64,000 nt of DNA from Gammaproteobacteria bacterium (lineage in GTDB: Bacteria > Pseudomonadota > Gammaproteobacteria > GCA-001735895): assembly GCA_022340305.1 (NCBI GenBank), contig JAJDOF010000108.1, positions 4,964-68,963 on the forward strand, in the 5' to 3' direction. Position 1 is the stretch's first letter; each line of letters starts with the position of its first letter. The notes under the pieces were generated by a model. That model saw nothing but the letters and a program-made list of their open reading frames with translations, ran no database searches and was not told the origin of the DNA. The position numbers and the translations under genes were made by a program. This document shows, piece by piece, positions 32,715 to 42,515 of this stretch.

Positions 32715-33893
32715 TCAGGCGAATTCTGAGGCCTCGCGGCAGCGTTGTACAAGGTTTTCGATCATTTGATCACAATTGGCGAGTTGTGCACGGCTGACGA
32801 ATTCATCGGGCTTGTGCGCCTGGTCTATGCTGCCCGGGCCGCACACCAGGCAGGCGATGCCGATCTCGTCGAACAGTCCTGCCTCGGTGCCGAAGCTGAC
32901 ATTGTCGCCGATACGATCGATGGGGTTGATCGCACGCGTGTAGGCAATGACAGTCGAAGCCAGGTCGGTACGCAGCCCGGGGTAATAGGAGAGTTCAGCG
33001 AATTCGATCGACGCCTCGGGGTAACGCGTTTGCATCTCGGGGAGCAGCACGTCGTTGGCGTAGTGCTTGATGTCGTGCACCAGCGTTGCGCTATCCTGTT
33101 GTGGCAGATTACGAATCTCGAACTCGAACTGGCATTGTCGTGGCACGATATTGAGGGCGGTACCACCGTTGATGTTGCCGACATGAAAGGTCGAGTAGGG
33201 TACCGAATAACTCTGATCGAGTTGCTGCTGTTGCACGCGGGTATTCATCGCGCGAATAAAAGCGATCAGTTCGGCGGCGTATTCGACGGCGTTTACTCCG
33301 TTGCTGATGTAAGCGGAATGACAGGATAAACCGGTTACCGTGACGCGGTAGGACACCTTGCCCTTGTGTCCCAGCACCATCGCCATCTCGGTCGGCTCGC
33401 CGATCAGGCCGATTCGTGGTTTTACCTCGAAACCTGCCATGGTCTCAACCAGTCGTTTTGCGCCCACGCAACCGATTTCCTCGTCATAGGAGAAAGCAAG
33501 ATGGATTGGCGTTTTCAGCGACTCGGCGCTGATCTGCGGCAACGCCGCCAGCACGCAGGCGATGAATCCTTTCATATCGCAGGCACCACGGCCGATCAGC
33601 TGTTGATCCCCGCTTAGCATCTGGTAGGGGTCGCTATTCCAGTCCTGTCCACTGGTAGGCACGACATCCGTATGCCCGGAAAGCATCACCCCGCCGATAT
33701 TGTCTGGACCGATGGTGGCATAGAGGTTGGCGCGGCTGCGATCGTCGCTGTGTACCAGCTGCGTGGCGATGGCGTGCTCATCCAGCAGGTTGCGCACGAA
33801 GTCGATGAGTTGCAGATTCGACGTGGTGCTGGTGGTGTCGAACGCGATCAGGCGCGCCAGAATCTGTTCACTATTCATGGTGACGCCGTTCAT
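32715..33893 (-). CDS. M20 amidohydrolase, ArgE-like (HinG-like)
   Basis: LSGHTDVVP, GRGACDMKG, SYDEEIGC and QAHKPDE motifs; ATGA overlap with the DUF1028 gene. Confidence 0.88.
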   Translation of the reverse strand: MNGVTMNSEQILARLIAFDTTSTTSNLQLIDFVRNLLDEHAIATQLVHSDDRSRANLYATIGPDNIGGVMLSGHTDVVPTSGQDWNSDPYQMLSGDQQLIGRGACDMKGFIACVLAALPQISAESLKTPIHLAFSYDEEIGCVGAKRLVETMAGFEVKPRIGLIGEPTEMAMVLGHKGKVSYRVTVTGLSCHSAYISNGVNAVEYAAELIAFIRAMNTRVQQQQLDQSYSVPYSTFHVGNINGGTALNIVPRQCQFEFEIRNLPQQDSATLVHDIKHYANDVLLPEMQTRYPEASIEFAELSYYPGLRTDLASTVIAYTRAINPIDRIGDNVSFGTEAGLFDEIGIACLVCGPGSIDQAHKPDEFVSRAQLANCDQMIENLVQRCREASEFA

Positions 33894-34564
33894 CGGGGAT
33901 CCCCGGGAACGCCATAGGCCGGCGCATCTTGCGGATTGTAGGCGCGGGTGACGTAATCCTCGATTTGCGGTTCATAAACGATCCAGCCCGCCTGCATTTT
34001 TGCCACGGGATCGTCGTCCCAGTCGATGCGCAATTCAGCCAGTGGCCAGCTGGGTTTGCCGCCGAGCAGCAACCCTGCCGAATGCACGGGACCGGCTTCG
34101 CCGCCAGCTGCGATTCCGGCTGCCAGCGCCGCCAGCAGGCGTGAGCCGAAACTACCCTGGGCGGCTTCAAGGCCACTCACCATGGCACCGGGAACCGACT
34201 CGTTGGCGAGCAGATTGCCGGCAGCGACGCAATGTCGACCCTCAGCCGAGGCAAAGCAGCCGAGGACACCGGCGCCGGAATACAGTCCGGTATTGCCGCC
34301 AGTATCGATCAGGGCGAGCTGGCGATATCGAATGTAGGGAGTGCTGTGCACCGTGGCATCGAGTGCTGCGTTCACGGCAACACCATCAGCGATCAGGGCC
34401 AGCATGCGCGGGCCGAGGCGTGGGTCGGTGATGTTCTGACTGAGCGCGATGCCAACACCGGGGCGCCAGTGCAGACAGCGGCTGGCAACGCTGGGACTGG
34501 AGGATGCAATGATGGCGCCGAGCTGGCCGGTGGTTTCATCCCAGGCGGCGATGGATAGTGTCAT
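33890..34564 (-). CDS. DUF1028 Ntn-hydrolase-like protein (HinH-like)
   Basis: N-terminal M-T-x-S-I, SQNITDPRLG, AAGNLLAN, GGEAGPVHSAGL and C-terminal YGVPGD. Confidence 0.85.
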   Translation of the reverse strand: MTLSIAAWDETTGQLGAIIASSSPSVASRCLHWRPGVGIALSQNITDPRLGPRMLALIADGVAVNAALDATVHSTPYIRYRQLALIDTGGNTGLYSGAGVLGCFASAEGRHCVAAGNLLANESVPGAMVSGLEAAQGSFGSRLLAALAAGIAAGGEAGPVHSAGLLLGGKPSWPLAELRIDWDDDPVAKMQAGWIVYEPQIEDYVTRAYNPQDAPAYGVPGDPR

Positions 34565-35012
34565 AGGTCGATCTCTGTGTCGGTGTCCAATCTAAATCTG
34601 TCGAGTTGCTGAAAGCGGCCGGTCGTGATGCCCGGATGAACCGCTATGGGGCCACCGGGCAAAGCGCCGGTTATGCTGGTGGCTGGTCGAACCGGTTGGC
34701 GAAGAATAACATGGCTGGCGCTAATGTCATCGGTCATCATGGCTGGTGCGCCGGCGACTTCACGGCTTGTGCTGACGAATTGCTGCGCACTCGTTGCGCC
34801 CTCCATTTGAGGGTCGCCGGGGTATTCAGCTCGTTGCAGAGCTGGGCAATATAGTCTTTTCGTAAGCATTGCCGCAACAATTGCCTGCAATTTGCGGCAG
34901 CGAGGGAATTGAGTCAAGAAAAACGATTCACCGTACCTGAAAAAAATAGTTTACACGATCCAGAATACCACCGAGAATCCAGCTATTCCATCTCCAGGCC
35001 AGGGTTATATCT

Positions 35013-35426
35013 ATGCCAACTCATAAGCGTATTCGCATGTTTAATACCAGGGACACTTACCCCAACCAGGCGCTCGATAACGACCTGTGCCAGGCCGTGA
35101 TTGCGGGAAATACGGTTTACCTGCGTGGTCAAATCGGCACTGATTTCGATGGAAACCTGGTTGGGCTCGGCGATCCCGGCGCCCAGGCCGAGCAGGCCAT
35201 GAAGAACGTCAAGCAACTGCTGGAAGAGGCGGGCAGTGATTTGAGCCATATCGTCAAGACGACGACTTATATTACCGATCCGCGATACCGTGAAGCGGTG
35301 TATCAGGTCGTCGGCAAATGGTTGAAGGGCGTATTTCCGATCTCGACCGGGATCGTGGTAGCCGGTCTCGGTCAGGCCGAGTGGCTGATGGAGATCGATG
35401 TGATTGCCGTGATCCCGCAGGATTAG
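35013..35426 (+). CDS. RidA/Rid-family protein (HinL-like)
   Basis: HKRIRMFNTRDTYPNQALDNDLCQAV, VYLRGQ and WLMEIDVIAV motifs. Confidence 0.88.
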   Translation: MPTHKRIRMFNTRDTYPNQALDNDLCQAVIAGNTVYLRGQIGTDFDGNLVGLGDPGAQAEQAMKNVKQLLEEAGSDLSHIVKTTTYITDPRYREAVYQVVGKWLKGVFPISTGIVVAGLGQAEWLMEIDVIAVIPQD

Positions 35427-35434
35427 CCTGCGCG

Positions 35435-36358
35435 GTGCAATTCACGCTGAAACAGCTCGGCTATTTTGTTGCCACGGGCGAGGCCGGCAGCATCTTGCGA
35501 GCCGCGGAAAATATCCACGTGTCACAGCCTTCGATTTCAAACGCGATAACGCATCTGGAAGACGTTTTCCAGGTCCAGCTTTTCATCCGCCACCATGCCC
35601 GGGGTATGAGCCTGACCACGGCAGGCAGCCAAATCATGGAACAGGCGCAGGCGCTGCTGCGCGATGCGGACGAATTGCGCAGTTTCGCCGGCAAACTGTC
35701 GGATCAGGTATTCGGCTCGATAAACGTGGGGTGTTTCACACCACTTGCCCCCATCGTAACCCCCAAACTGTGTCATGGTTTCATGCAATCGCATGAGGGA
35801 GTCGAGGTCAATGTCAGCGAGGGTAACCAGGCCGAGTTGCTCGGCAAGCTGAAGAAGGGTGCGATCGATCTGGCGCTGACCTATAATCTGCAACTCGAAA
35901 GTGATATCGCTTTTACCACCCTGGTCGAGTTAAAGCCCTACGTGCTGCTGGCCGCGGATCATGCGCTTGCCGGCAAGGCTTCGATAGCGCTGGAGAACCT
36001 GGCTGATGAACGTTTCATCCTGCTGGATTTGCCGCTCAGCGATACCTATTTCATGTCATTGTTCGAAAGTCACAATATCAAGCCGAATATCTACGCGCGT
36101 ACCTGTCATATCGAGGTGCAACGAGCGCTGGTGGCGCAGGGTTACGGCTACAGTCTCGGTAATGTGCGCCCGATCAACCAGCATTCTCTCGACGGTAGTC
36201 GCCTGAGCTATGTTCCCTTATCGGGTTTCAACCCCGGGCTGACCCTCGGTATGGCAACGCTCGCCAATAGCAGAAAGACGATCGTGGTCGATATTTTCAG
36301 CCAGTTTTGCCGCCAGCAGATCAGCCCTGATAAAATTCCGGGCATGGCCAGATTATGA
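35435..36358 (+). CDS. LysR-family regulator (HinK-like)
   Basis: FTLKQLGYFVA...HVSQPSISNAITHLE HTH and LFIRHHARG; GTG at 35435. Confidence 0.9.
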   Translation: MQFTLKQLGYFVATGEAGSILRAAENIHVSQPSISNAITHLEDVFQVQLFIRHHARGMSLTTAGSQIMEQAQALLRDADELRSFAGKLSDQVFGSINVGCFTPLAPIVTPKLCHGFMQSHEGVEVNVSEGNQAELLGKLKKGAIDLALTYNLQLESDIAFTTLVELKPYVLLAADHALAGKASIALENLADERFILLDLPLSDTYFMSLFESHNIKPNIYARTCHIEVQRALVAQGYGYSLGNVRPINQHSLDGSRLSYVPLSGFNPGLTLGMATLANSRKTIVVDIFSQFCRQQISPDKIPGMARL

Positions 36359-36375
36359 GTTTACAGGGAGGGCCA

Positions 36376-38448
36376 ATGGCCAGAGATCCACGTTATGACG
36401 TCTTGTTTGAGTCCGTCAAGATAGGACCGGTTACCGCGAAGAACCGTTTCTACCAGGTGCCGCATTGCAACGGTGGCGGTTATCGTGATCCGTCTGCGGT
36501 CGCGGCGATGCGTCGGGTCAAGGCCGAGGGTGGCTGGGGTGTCGTGTTTACCGAGCAGGTGGAAATGCACCATAGCGGTGAAATCGCGCCGTTCATCGAA
36601 CTGCACCTTTGGGACGATGACGATATCCCGATGCTGGCGAAAATGTCCGACTCTATTCATGAATTCGATACGCTTGCGGGAATTCAACTGGCTTATTCGG
36701 GTGTCAATGGCCCCAATTTATATTCGCGCGAAGTACCCATGGCACCAAGCGCTATGCCGATCCGTGCTTTCGATAACGACCCCTTGAGTGCACGTGCGAT
36801 GAGCAAACGGGATATTCGTGATTTACGTCGCTGGCATCGGAATGCGTTCAAGCGTGCGAAGACCGCTGGTTTCGATCTGGTCTGCCTGTATGGAGCGCAC
36901 GGCTTCGGTATTATCCAGCACTTCCTGTCGCGCGCCACCAATCAGCGCAGCGACGAATATGGCGGCAGCCTCGAGAATCGTTCACGCCTGATGCGCGAAC
37001 TGGTCGAAGAGGGCAAGGATGTCGTCGGTGACAGTTGTGGGATTACCCTGCGCCTATCGCTCGATGAAACCATCGGTGATCTCGGCTTCGCCAACAGTGA
37101 GTTACGCGACCTGATCGAGATGCATGCCGAATTACCCGATCTATGGGATCTTGCGCACGGCGCCTGGGAGGATTGTTCGGGTCCCTCGCGTTTCAAGGAT
37201 GAGGCGGCGCAACGGACTCTGGTCAGCGGTATTCGCGAACTCACGCCAAGGCCGATAGTAGGCGTGGGGCGTTTTACATCACCCGATGTCATGGTTCAGC
37301 AGGTTAAATCGGGCACCCTGGACTTCATCGGTTGCGCGCGCCCGTCGATCGCCGATCCGTTCCTGCCGCGCAAGATCGATGAGGGTCGGGTAGAGGACAT
37401 TCGCGAATGTATCGGCTGCAATATCTGCATCTCCGGTGATTTGACGATGTCGCTATCGCGCTGTACGCAAAACCCGACCTTCATGGAAGAGTGGCGCAAG
37501 GGATGGCACCCTGAAAATATTGCAGTGAAGGGTGGTAGCGATACGGTGTTGATCGTCGGGGCCGGCCCCGCCGGACTGGAAGCGGCGCGAGCGCTCGGCG
37601 AGCGTGGTTACCAGGTGGTTCTGGCGGAAGCGGACACCCGACTGGGTGGGCGCGTTGCGCGCGAACGCGAGCTGCCGGGATTATCGGCCTGGGGACGCGT
37701 TGCGGACTATCGTGTTTACCAACTAAGCCAGATGCCCAATGTCGATATCTACCTGGAAAACGAACTCAGCGCCGATGATATCCTTGAGTCCGGATACGAG
37801 CATGTGGCACTGGCGACCGGTTCGAGCTGGCGTGCAGATGGTGTCTCGCGGCATCATGTAATGCCGATTCCGACTGATGCGTCGTTGCCGGTTTACACGC
37901 CGGACGACCTGATGGCGGGCCGGCTGCCGGCAGGCAGGATCATCCTCTTCGACGATGACCATTATTACATGGGTGGCGTGGTGGCCGAGTTGTTGGCCGC
38001 AAACGGCTGTTCAGTCACCCTGGTGACCCCGGCTGCTTACGTTTCCAGCTGGTCTAACAACACCCTCGAGCAGGCAGCTATTCATGCTCGTCTGCTCGAT
38101 GTCGGGGTCGATATCGTACTGAATCGAGCGCTAACCCGTATCGAGCAGGGTCACATCATCAGCGCATGTGTTTATTCGGGCAGAACCAGCTGCATGTCGG
38201 CGGATGCAGTGGTTATGGTTGCCTCACGCCGTGCAAATGATAACATCTGGCAGCAATTGAGCGCGCGCGAGGCGGAATGGGAAGCCCATGGAATCAAGTC
38301 GATCAAGGTGATTGGCGACGCCCAGTCTCCGGCCCCCATCGCCTGGGCAACCTACGCCGGCCATCGTTACGCGCGCGAACTGGATGAACCTGATATCGGC
38401 GATGCATTGCCTTTTCGGCGCGAAATCGCCCAACTAAAAAATGACTGA
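36376..38448 (+). CDS. Histamine dehydrogenase-like flavoprotein (TMADH/DMADH/HADH family)
   Basis: KNRFYQVPHCNG (covalent FMN Cys), YGAHG, 4Fe-4S motif CIGCNIC-x11-C and GAGPAG; GGAGGG RBS. Confidence 0.82.
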   Translation: MARDPRYDVLFESVKIGPVTAKNRFYQVPHCNGGGYRDPSAVAAMRRVKAEGGWGVVFTEQVEMHHSGEIAPFIELHLWDDDDIPMLAKMSDSIHEFDTLAGIQLAYSGVNGPNLYSREVPMAPSAMPIRAFDNDPLSARAMSKRDIRDLRRWHRNAFKRAKTAGFDLVCLYGAHGFGIIQHFLSRATNQRSDEYGGSLENRSRLMRELVEEGKDVVGDSCGITLRLSLDETIGDLGFANSELRDLIEMHAELPDLWDLAHGAWEDCSGPSRFKDEAAQRTLVSGIRELTPRPIVGVGRFTSPDVMVQQVKSGTLDFIGCARPSIADPFLPRKIDEGRVEDIRECIGCNICISGDLTMSLSRCTQNPTFMEEWRKGWHPENIAVKGGSDTVLIVGAGPAGLEAARALGERGYQVVLAEADTRLGGRVARERELPGLSAWGRVADYRVYQLSQMPNVDIYLENELSADDILESGYEHVALATGSSWRADGVSRHHVMPIPTDASLPVYTPDDLMAGRLPAGRIILFDDDHYYMGGVVAELLAANGCSVTLVTPAAYVSSWSNNTLEQAAIHARLLDVGVDIVLNRALTRIEQGHIISACVYSGRTSCMSADAVVMVASRRANDNIWQQLSAREAEWEAHGIKSIKVIGDAQSPAPIAWATYAGHRYARELDEPDIGDALPFRREIAQLKND

Positions 38449-38818
38449 ACGGAGCAAGCCGATGAGAGCCGTGGCGAAAGGCGAACGACTGATGATCAAT
38501 ATCGATGACGTCGACTTCGAACCCTATATCAGTAGCAATGGAGAAGCCGATGGGCTGGCGTTTCAACTCGATCGCAGCAAACGGCTTGGCACCGGGTTCC
38601 ACCTGTATAAAATGGAACCGGGGTATACGACCATACCGCATCAACACAATGGCAACGAAGAATTTTTCATGATCAGCGGCGAAGCTGTCGATAACGACGG
38701 TACTGTCTATCGGGCGGGGGACCTGGTGTTAATGAAAGACGGCACGGAGCATTGCAGCTATAGCAAGGACGGCTGCGTAATCCTGGTTTACCTCGAGGGC
38801 CCGGAGACCGGCGTCTAG
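38441..38818 (+). CDS. Cupin-domain protein (ChrR-like)
   Basis: PHQHNGNEEFFMISGE and YRAGDLV...GTEH cupin motifs; overlaps the dehydrogenase stop. Confidence 0.8.
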   Translation: MTERSKPMRAVAKGERLMINIDDVDFEPYISSNGEADGLAFQLDRSKRLGTGFHLYKMEPGYTTIPHQHNGNEEFFMISGEAVDNDGTVYRAGDLVLMKDGTEHCSYSKDGCVILVYLEGPETGV

Positions 38819-39057
38819 TCTGAGTGTTGCAGACAGTCGCTGGAGCGAGTATTGCTCGGTTTCCAGGCATGACAACCCGGAGCCGTCAGAATCAGTTTAT
38901 TTACTGGCGATCAAATCAGTATGGTGAAAATGACCATTGAACTTTCCACCTACATCATTCAGACATAATAATTGATATTCTGAATGCCCTTGCTGATTAA
39001 CATGCGTTTCCTTGATAAGCGCTGAAGAACAACCCGATATAGCGGAGCAATAAACCA

Positions 39058-39576
39058 GTGAAAAAAATTGTCGTACTAGTCGCAATTTTCTCCCTGGCCG
39101 GTTCCGCCCCGGCCAATGCAGCTCCTGCGGAAGTCAGGGATACCTACATCGGGCTCCAGTTCGGCAACTCCGATGTCGCTTTTAATGCTGAATCCGACCT
39201 TGATCTCGATTTGACCCTGTTGCAGTTCGGCATCTGGGTGAGCGATGACATCTCGCTGGAAGGCCGCTCAGCACGTGGCGGCAATGCAGACACCATTCAG
39301 GGTGTTGATTACGAGATTGAATCCATTTACGGACTGTACGGTTTGTACCATTTCCATTTCGGCGAATTTGCATCTCTATATGCCAGCGCTGGTATGTCAC
39401 GAGCAGTGCTCAAGACCTCGGTGCCAGGAGTTTCCGAGCAGCAGGAGGAAAGCAGCTTTTCCTATGGTGTCGGTGCGAAATTGTCGGTCTTCAGTATCGA
39501 CTTCATGCGCTATATGGATATTGACGAGATGGAAATCGATGTGGTTTCGGTCGGCCTTCAATATACTTTCAATTGA
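39058..39576 (+). CDS. Small outer-membrane beta-barrel protein
   Basis: Signal peptide MKKIVVLVAIFSLAGSAPANA, alternating beta-strands, SYGVG and C-terminal VGLQYTF. Confidence 0.8.
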   Translation: MKKIVVLVAIFSLAGSAPANAAPAEVRDTYIGLQFGNSDVAFNAESDLDLDLTLLQFGIWVSDDISLEGRSARGGNADTIQGVDYEIESIYGLYGLYHFHFGEFASLYASAGMSRAVLKTSVPGVSEQQEESSFSYGVGAKLSVFSIDFMRYMDIDEMEIDVVSVGLQYTFN

Positions 39577-39689
39577 TGCAATCCCGACGGAGCGGCAGAT
39601 ACGGTATCAGGCGCTGAAGCGGAATTCACCGAACACGGCCAGCTCTTTCTCATTTACGCCGCCGTATGTCCAAAGGCAAAAATTTCCAG

Positions 39690-39929
39690 CTAGGCTTGCT
39701 GGATCATCCGATACAGTTCGTCTTTCAGGCTCAGGCGAATCTTCTTGCGCTCCTCGAGGTATTCGTCTGAAGTGTTCTCGATACCGGTTTCGATACGCCG
39801 CACTTCGTGATCCACCTGGTGATACTCGTCGAACAGGCGGGCAAAGTGATTATTGGTCGTCTTGAGCTTGTGGATCGTATCGCGATGCTCGGGGAGTTCA
39901 TGTACCAGGTCGTGTTTTTCGCTTAGCAT
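39690..39929 (-). CDS. YdcH/DUF465-family protein
   Basis: HDLVHELPEH, HFARLFDEYH and RLSLKDEL motifs. Confidence 0.85.
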   Translation of the reverse strand: MLSEKHDLVHELPEHRDTIHKLKTTNNHFARLFDEYHQVDHEVRRIETGIENTSDEYLEERKKIRLSLKDELYRMIQQA

Positions 39930-39956
39930 TTTCGGGTCTCGTGGTTGGTTGCCTTG

Positions 39957-40301
39957 TCAGCGTTCAGACTTTTCCGCGCAATCGACGCAGTGTGGCGTAA
40001 AGGGCAGCAGGTCCAGGCGCGCGCGCGGAATGGGTTCACCACATTCGGCGCAGGTGAAGTAATTGCCTTCTTCGATGCGCAGCAGGGCGTATTTAATCAT
40101 TGACAGCTCCTCTTCGGAACTAATTCCAAGCGACTCGAGTACTTCATCATTTTCGCGTTCGCTGGCCTGTTCGCTCCAGTCGGCGGACAGGTCTTCGTGG
40201 CGAATGTCGCGATCGATCGACTTGATGCGGCCGCTAAGCTCGCGTTTCCGCTCCAGCAGTAGTTGTCGGTAGTGGTTGGTATCCAAAGCTATAAGCTCCA
40301 T
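39957..40301 (-). CDS. DksA/TraR-family C4 zinc-finger protein
   Basis: Coiled coil with DWSEQA and zinc finger CAECGEPI...CVDC. Confidence 0.88.
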   Translation of the reverse strand: MELIALDTNHYRQLLLERKRELSGRIKSIDRDIRHEDLSADWSEQASERENDEVLESLGISSEEELSMIKYALLRIEEGNYFTCAECGEPIPRARLDLLPFTPHCVDCAEKSER

Positions 40302-40398
40302 AAAGTGTTGTCAGGAGAGTTTAAACCGGGACTGAGTCAGGCACGGCTCGGTATCAGTATTGCCAGCACCGGGCAGAAAATTATTGATCCAGGACAAG

Positions 40399-41364
40399 TT
40401 ATCCCGCGATGTGAGCTTGAAGCCGCGCCTTTTTTCGATCCCGGTTTTCCAGATACATGACCAGCAGGCCGCTACTGATAATCAGGCCGGTGCCGACGAA
40501 AGCGGGCCAGTCCGGCCAGTCGCCCCACAGGTAGTAACCGACGATCAATGCGAACGGCAGCGACGCGTACTCAAAGGGAGCGACGATAGGCGCTTCCCCC
40601 AGTCGGTAGGCCTGGGACATCAGGTAGCCCCCGCAAGCGACGATCAGGCCGCAAATCAGCAATAGCTGAAATTGTATGAAACTGGGCCAGTACCAGGCGC
40701 GCAGTAAAAAATGCAGCGACGGGTTGTCGTAATTATCGAATTTGCCATCACCGGTCACCAGGCCGATCGCCGAGCTGATCAGCAGAAAGGCAACCTGGAT
40801 GTAGAAAGTCAGGGCGCCGCCACTTTCGCGAATACCGAGCTTGCGCGTCATCATGGTCATCGCCGCATAGCACAGGGCTGCCATGATCGGTAACAGGCTG
40901 ACCATGCGAAACAGATCACTGCCCGGGCGCAGCATGACGATGGCGCCGAGCATGCCGACGACGATGACAAACCAGCGTCGCAACCCGACTTTCTCACCGA
41001 GTAGCGGTTGTGAAAGCATGCAGATGAATAAGGGCGCGGTATAAAACAGGACAACGGTTTCTGCCAGTGGCATCGCGGCGAGTCCAACAAAGAAGAACAT
41101 GTTGGCCAGCACCAGCATCGAGCCGCGCAATAAATGCAGTAACGGGCGTTCTGTCTTCAGTCTTGCCAGGCCGCCCTCGAGTCGCACGATCAGCATCACC
41201 GCGAGCATTGCAAAGCAGGAGCGCCAGAAAGTGATCTGGTGCAGCGGCATGTCGTCGCTGACCCACTTGATTATCGAGTCGCTGATGGTCAGGCTGCCGA
41301 GTGCCCCAACCAGGCATAGAATCCCTAACGTATTCGGATTGAGCGAGGTTAGCCGGTTGCGCAA
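40399..41364 (-). CDS. DMT/EamA-family transporter
   Basis: About 10 TM helices; LLGEKVG and VAPFEY motifs; TTG start with GGAG RBS. Confidence 0.88.
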   Translation of the reverse strand: MRNRLTSLNPNTLGILCLVGALGSLTISDSIIKWVSDDMPLHQITFWRSCFAMLAVMLIVRLEGGLARLKTERPLLHLLRGSMLVLANMFFFVGLAAMPLAETVVLFYTAPLFICMLSQPLLGEKVGLRRWFVIVVGMLGAIVMLRPGSDLFRMVSLLPIMAALCYAAMTMMTRKLGIRESGGALTFYIQVAFLLISSAIGLVTGDGKFDNYDNPSLHFLLRAWYWPSFIQFQLLLICGLIVACGGYLMSQAYRLGEAPIVAPFEYASLPFALIVGYYLWGDWPDWPAFVGTGLIISSGLLVMYLENRDRKKARLQAHIAG

Positions 41365-41486
41365 TTTACTGTCTCCACGGGATATTTTCGGCAAGGCTGG
41401 AATCGACTCGATATCAGCCGCGGGTATCCGCGATCACCCGGTATCCACCTGTGGCACGATCAGCACGCGAACCATGTCTGCCCCCA

Positions 41487-42515
41487 CTATCCTGCTTCAT
41501 ATCCCTCGAGAACGTTCACCGCGTTGGTGCCGATCTCCGCGACTGCGTAGCCGCCCTCCATCACAAACAGGGTCGGCAAATTGAGCGCGGCGATAGTCGC
41601 GCCGTAGCGTTTGAAGTCGTCGCTGGTGAGCTTGAAGAATGAAATCGGGTCGTGTTCGAAGGTGTCGACGCCGAGCGATATGACCAGCGCGTCGGGCGCA
41701 TAGCGGCCGATTTTACGGCAGGCATCGGCGAGTGCTTCCCCCCAGGTGCTATAACCGGTACCGGGCCCCATCGGGTAGTTGTGATTAAATCCTTTGCCGT
41801 CGCCTTCACCGGTCTCGTCGGCATAGCCGAGAAAGTGTGGGAAAGCCTCTCTTGGATCACCGTGCAGCGACACAAACATGACATCGGAACGATCGTAGAA
41901 TATCGCCTGGCTGCCGTTTCCGTGATGAAAATCGACGTCGAGCAGGGCGACGCGTGCGGCACCCTGGTCGATGAACGCCTGCGTGGCAACCGCGGCATTG
42001 TTGATGAAGCAGTAGCCGCCGAACATATCCGCTGCGGCGTGATGCCCGGGAGGTCGACACAACGCGAATGCCGCGCCTGCACCATCGCGCAGTGCGGCCT
42101 GTGCGGTCAATGCGACGTCGACGCTGGCGCGTGCCGCTTCCCAGGTGCCGTTGCAGATCGCGGTCTCGGCGGCCAGCGCATAGTAGCCGAGCTTGCCATC
42201 GATCTGATCCGGAATGCGCAGCTGCATGCCCCGCGCCGGCCAGCAGGTGGCGATAGCTTCGCCGTGGTAACCCTCGGCAGACCACTCGCTCCAGCAGGTT
42301 TCCAGGAAGCGAATAAAGTCGGCATCGTGGATGCGGGTGACGTGCTCGATAGCAAACTGCGCGGGCGCGATGATGTTGCCGAGCTTCACCTCGCGAACCC
42401 GCTCTAGTATGTGCTCGGCGCGCGCCGGGCACTCGAAGGGTGCTACCAGTTCGCCGCCGAAGAGTTCGGTTTTGGAATCGCGTAGTGCGTGTTTTTCACT
42501 GAATACAGTTAGCAT
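41487..42515 (-). CDS. aphA: Acetylpolyamine amidohydrolase (HDAC family)
   Basis: FECPARA, RPPGHHA, GGYC, LDVDFHHGNG, SLGVD and MEGGY motifs; GGAG RBS before ATG 42515. Confidence 0.85.
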   Translation of the reverse strand: MLTVFSEKHALRDSKTELFGGELVAPFECPARAEHILERVREVKLGNIIAPAQFAIEHVTRIHDADFIRFLETCWSEWSAEGYHGEAIATCWPARGMQLRIPDQIDGKLGYYALAAETAICNGTWEAARASVDVALTAQAALRDGAGAAFALCRPPGHHAAADMFGGYCFINNAAVATQAFIDQGAARVALLDVDFHHGNGSQAIFYDRSDVMFVSLHGDPREAFPHFLGYADETGEGDGKGFNHNYPMGPGTGYSTWGEALADACRKIGRYAPDALVISLGVDTFEHDPISFFKLTSDDFKRYGATIAALNLPTLFVMEGGYAVAEIGTNAVNVLEGYEAG

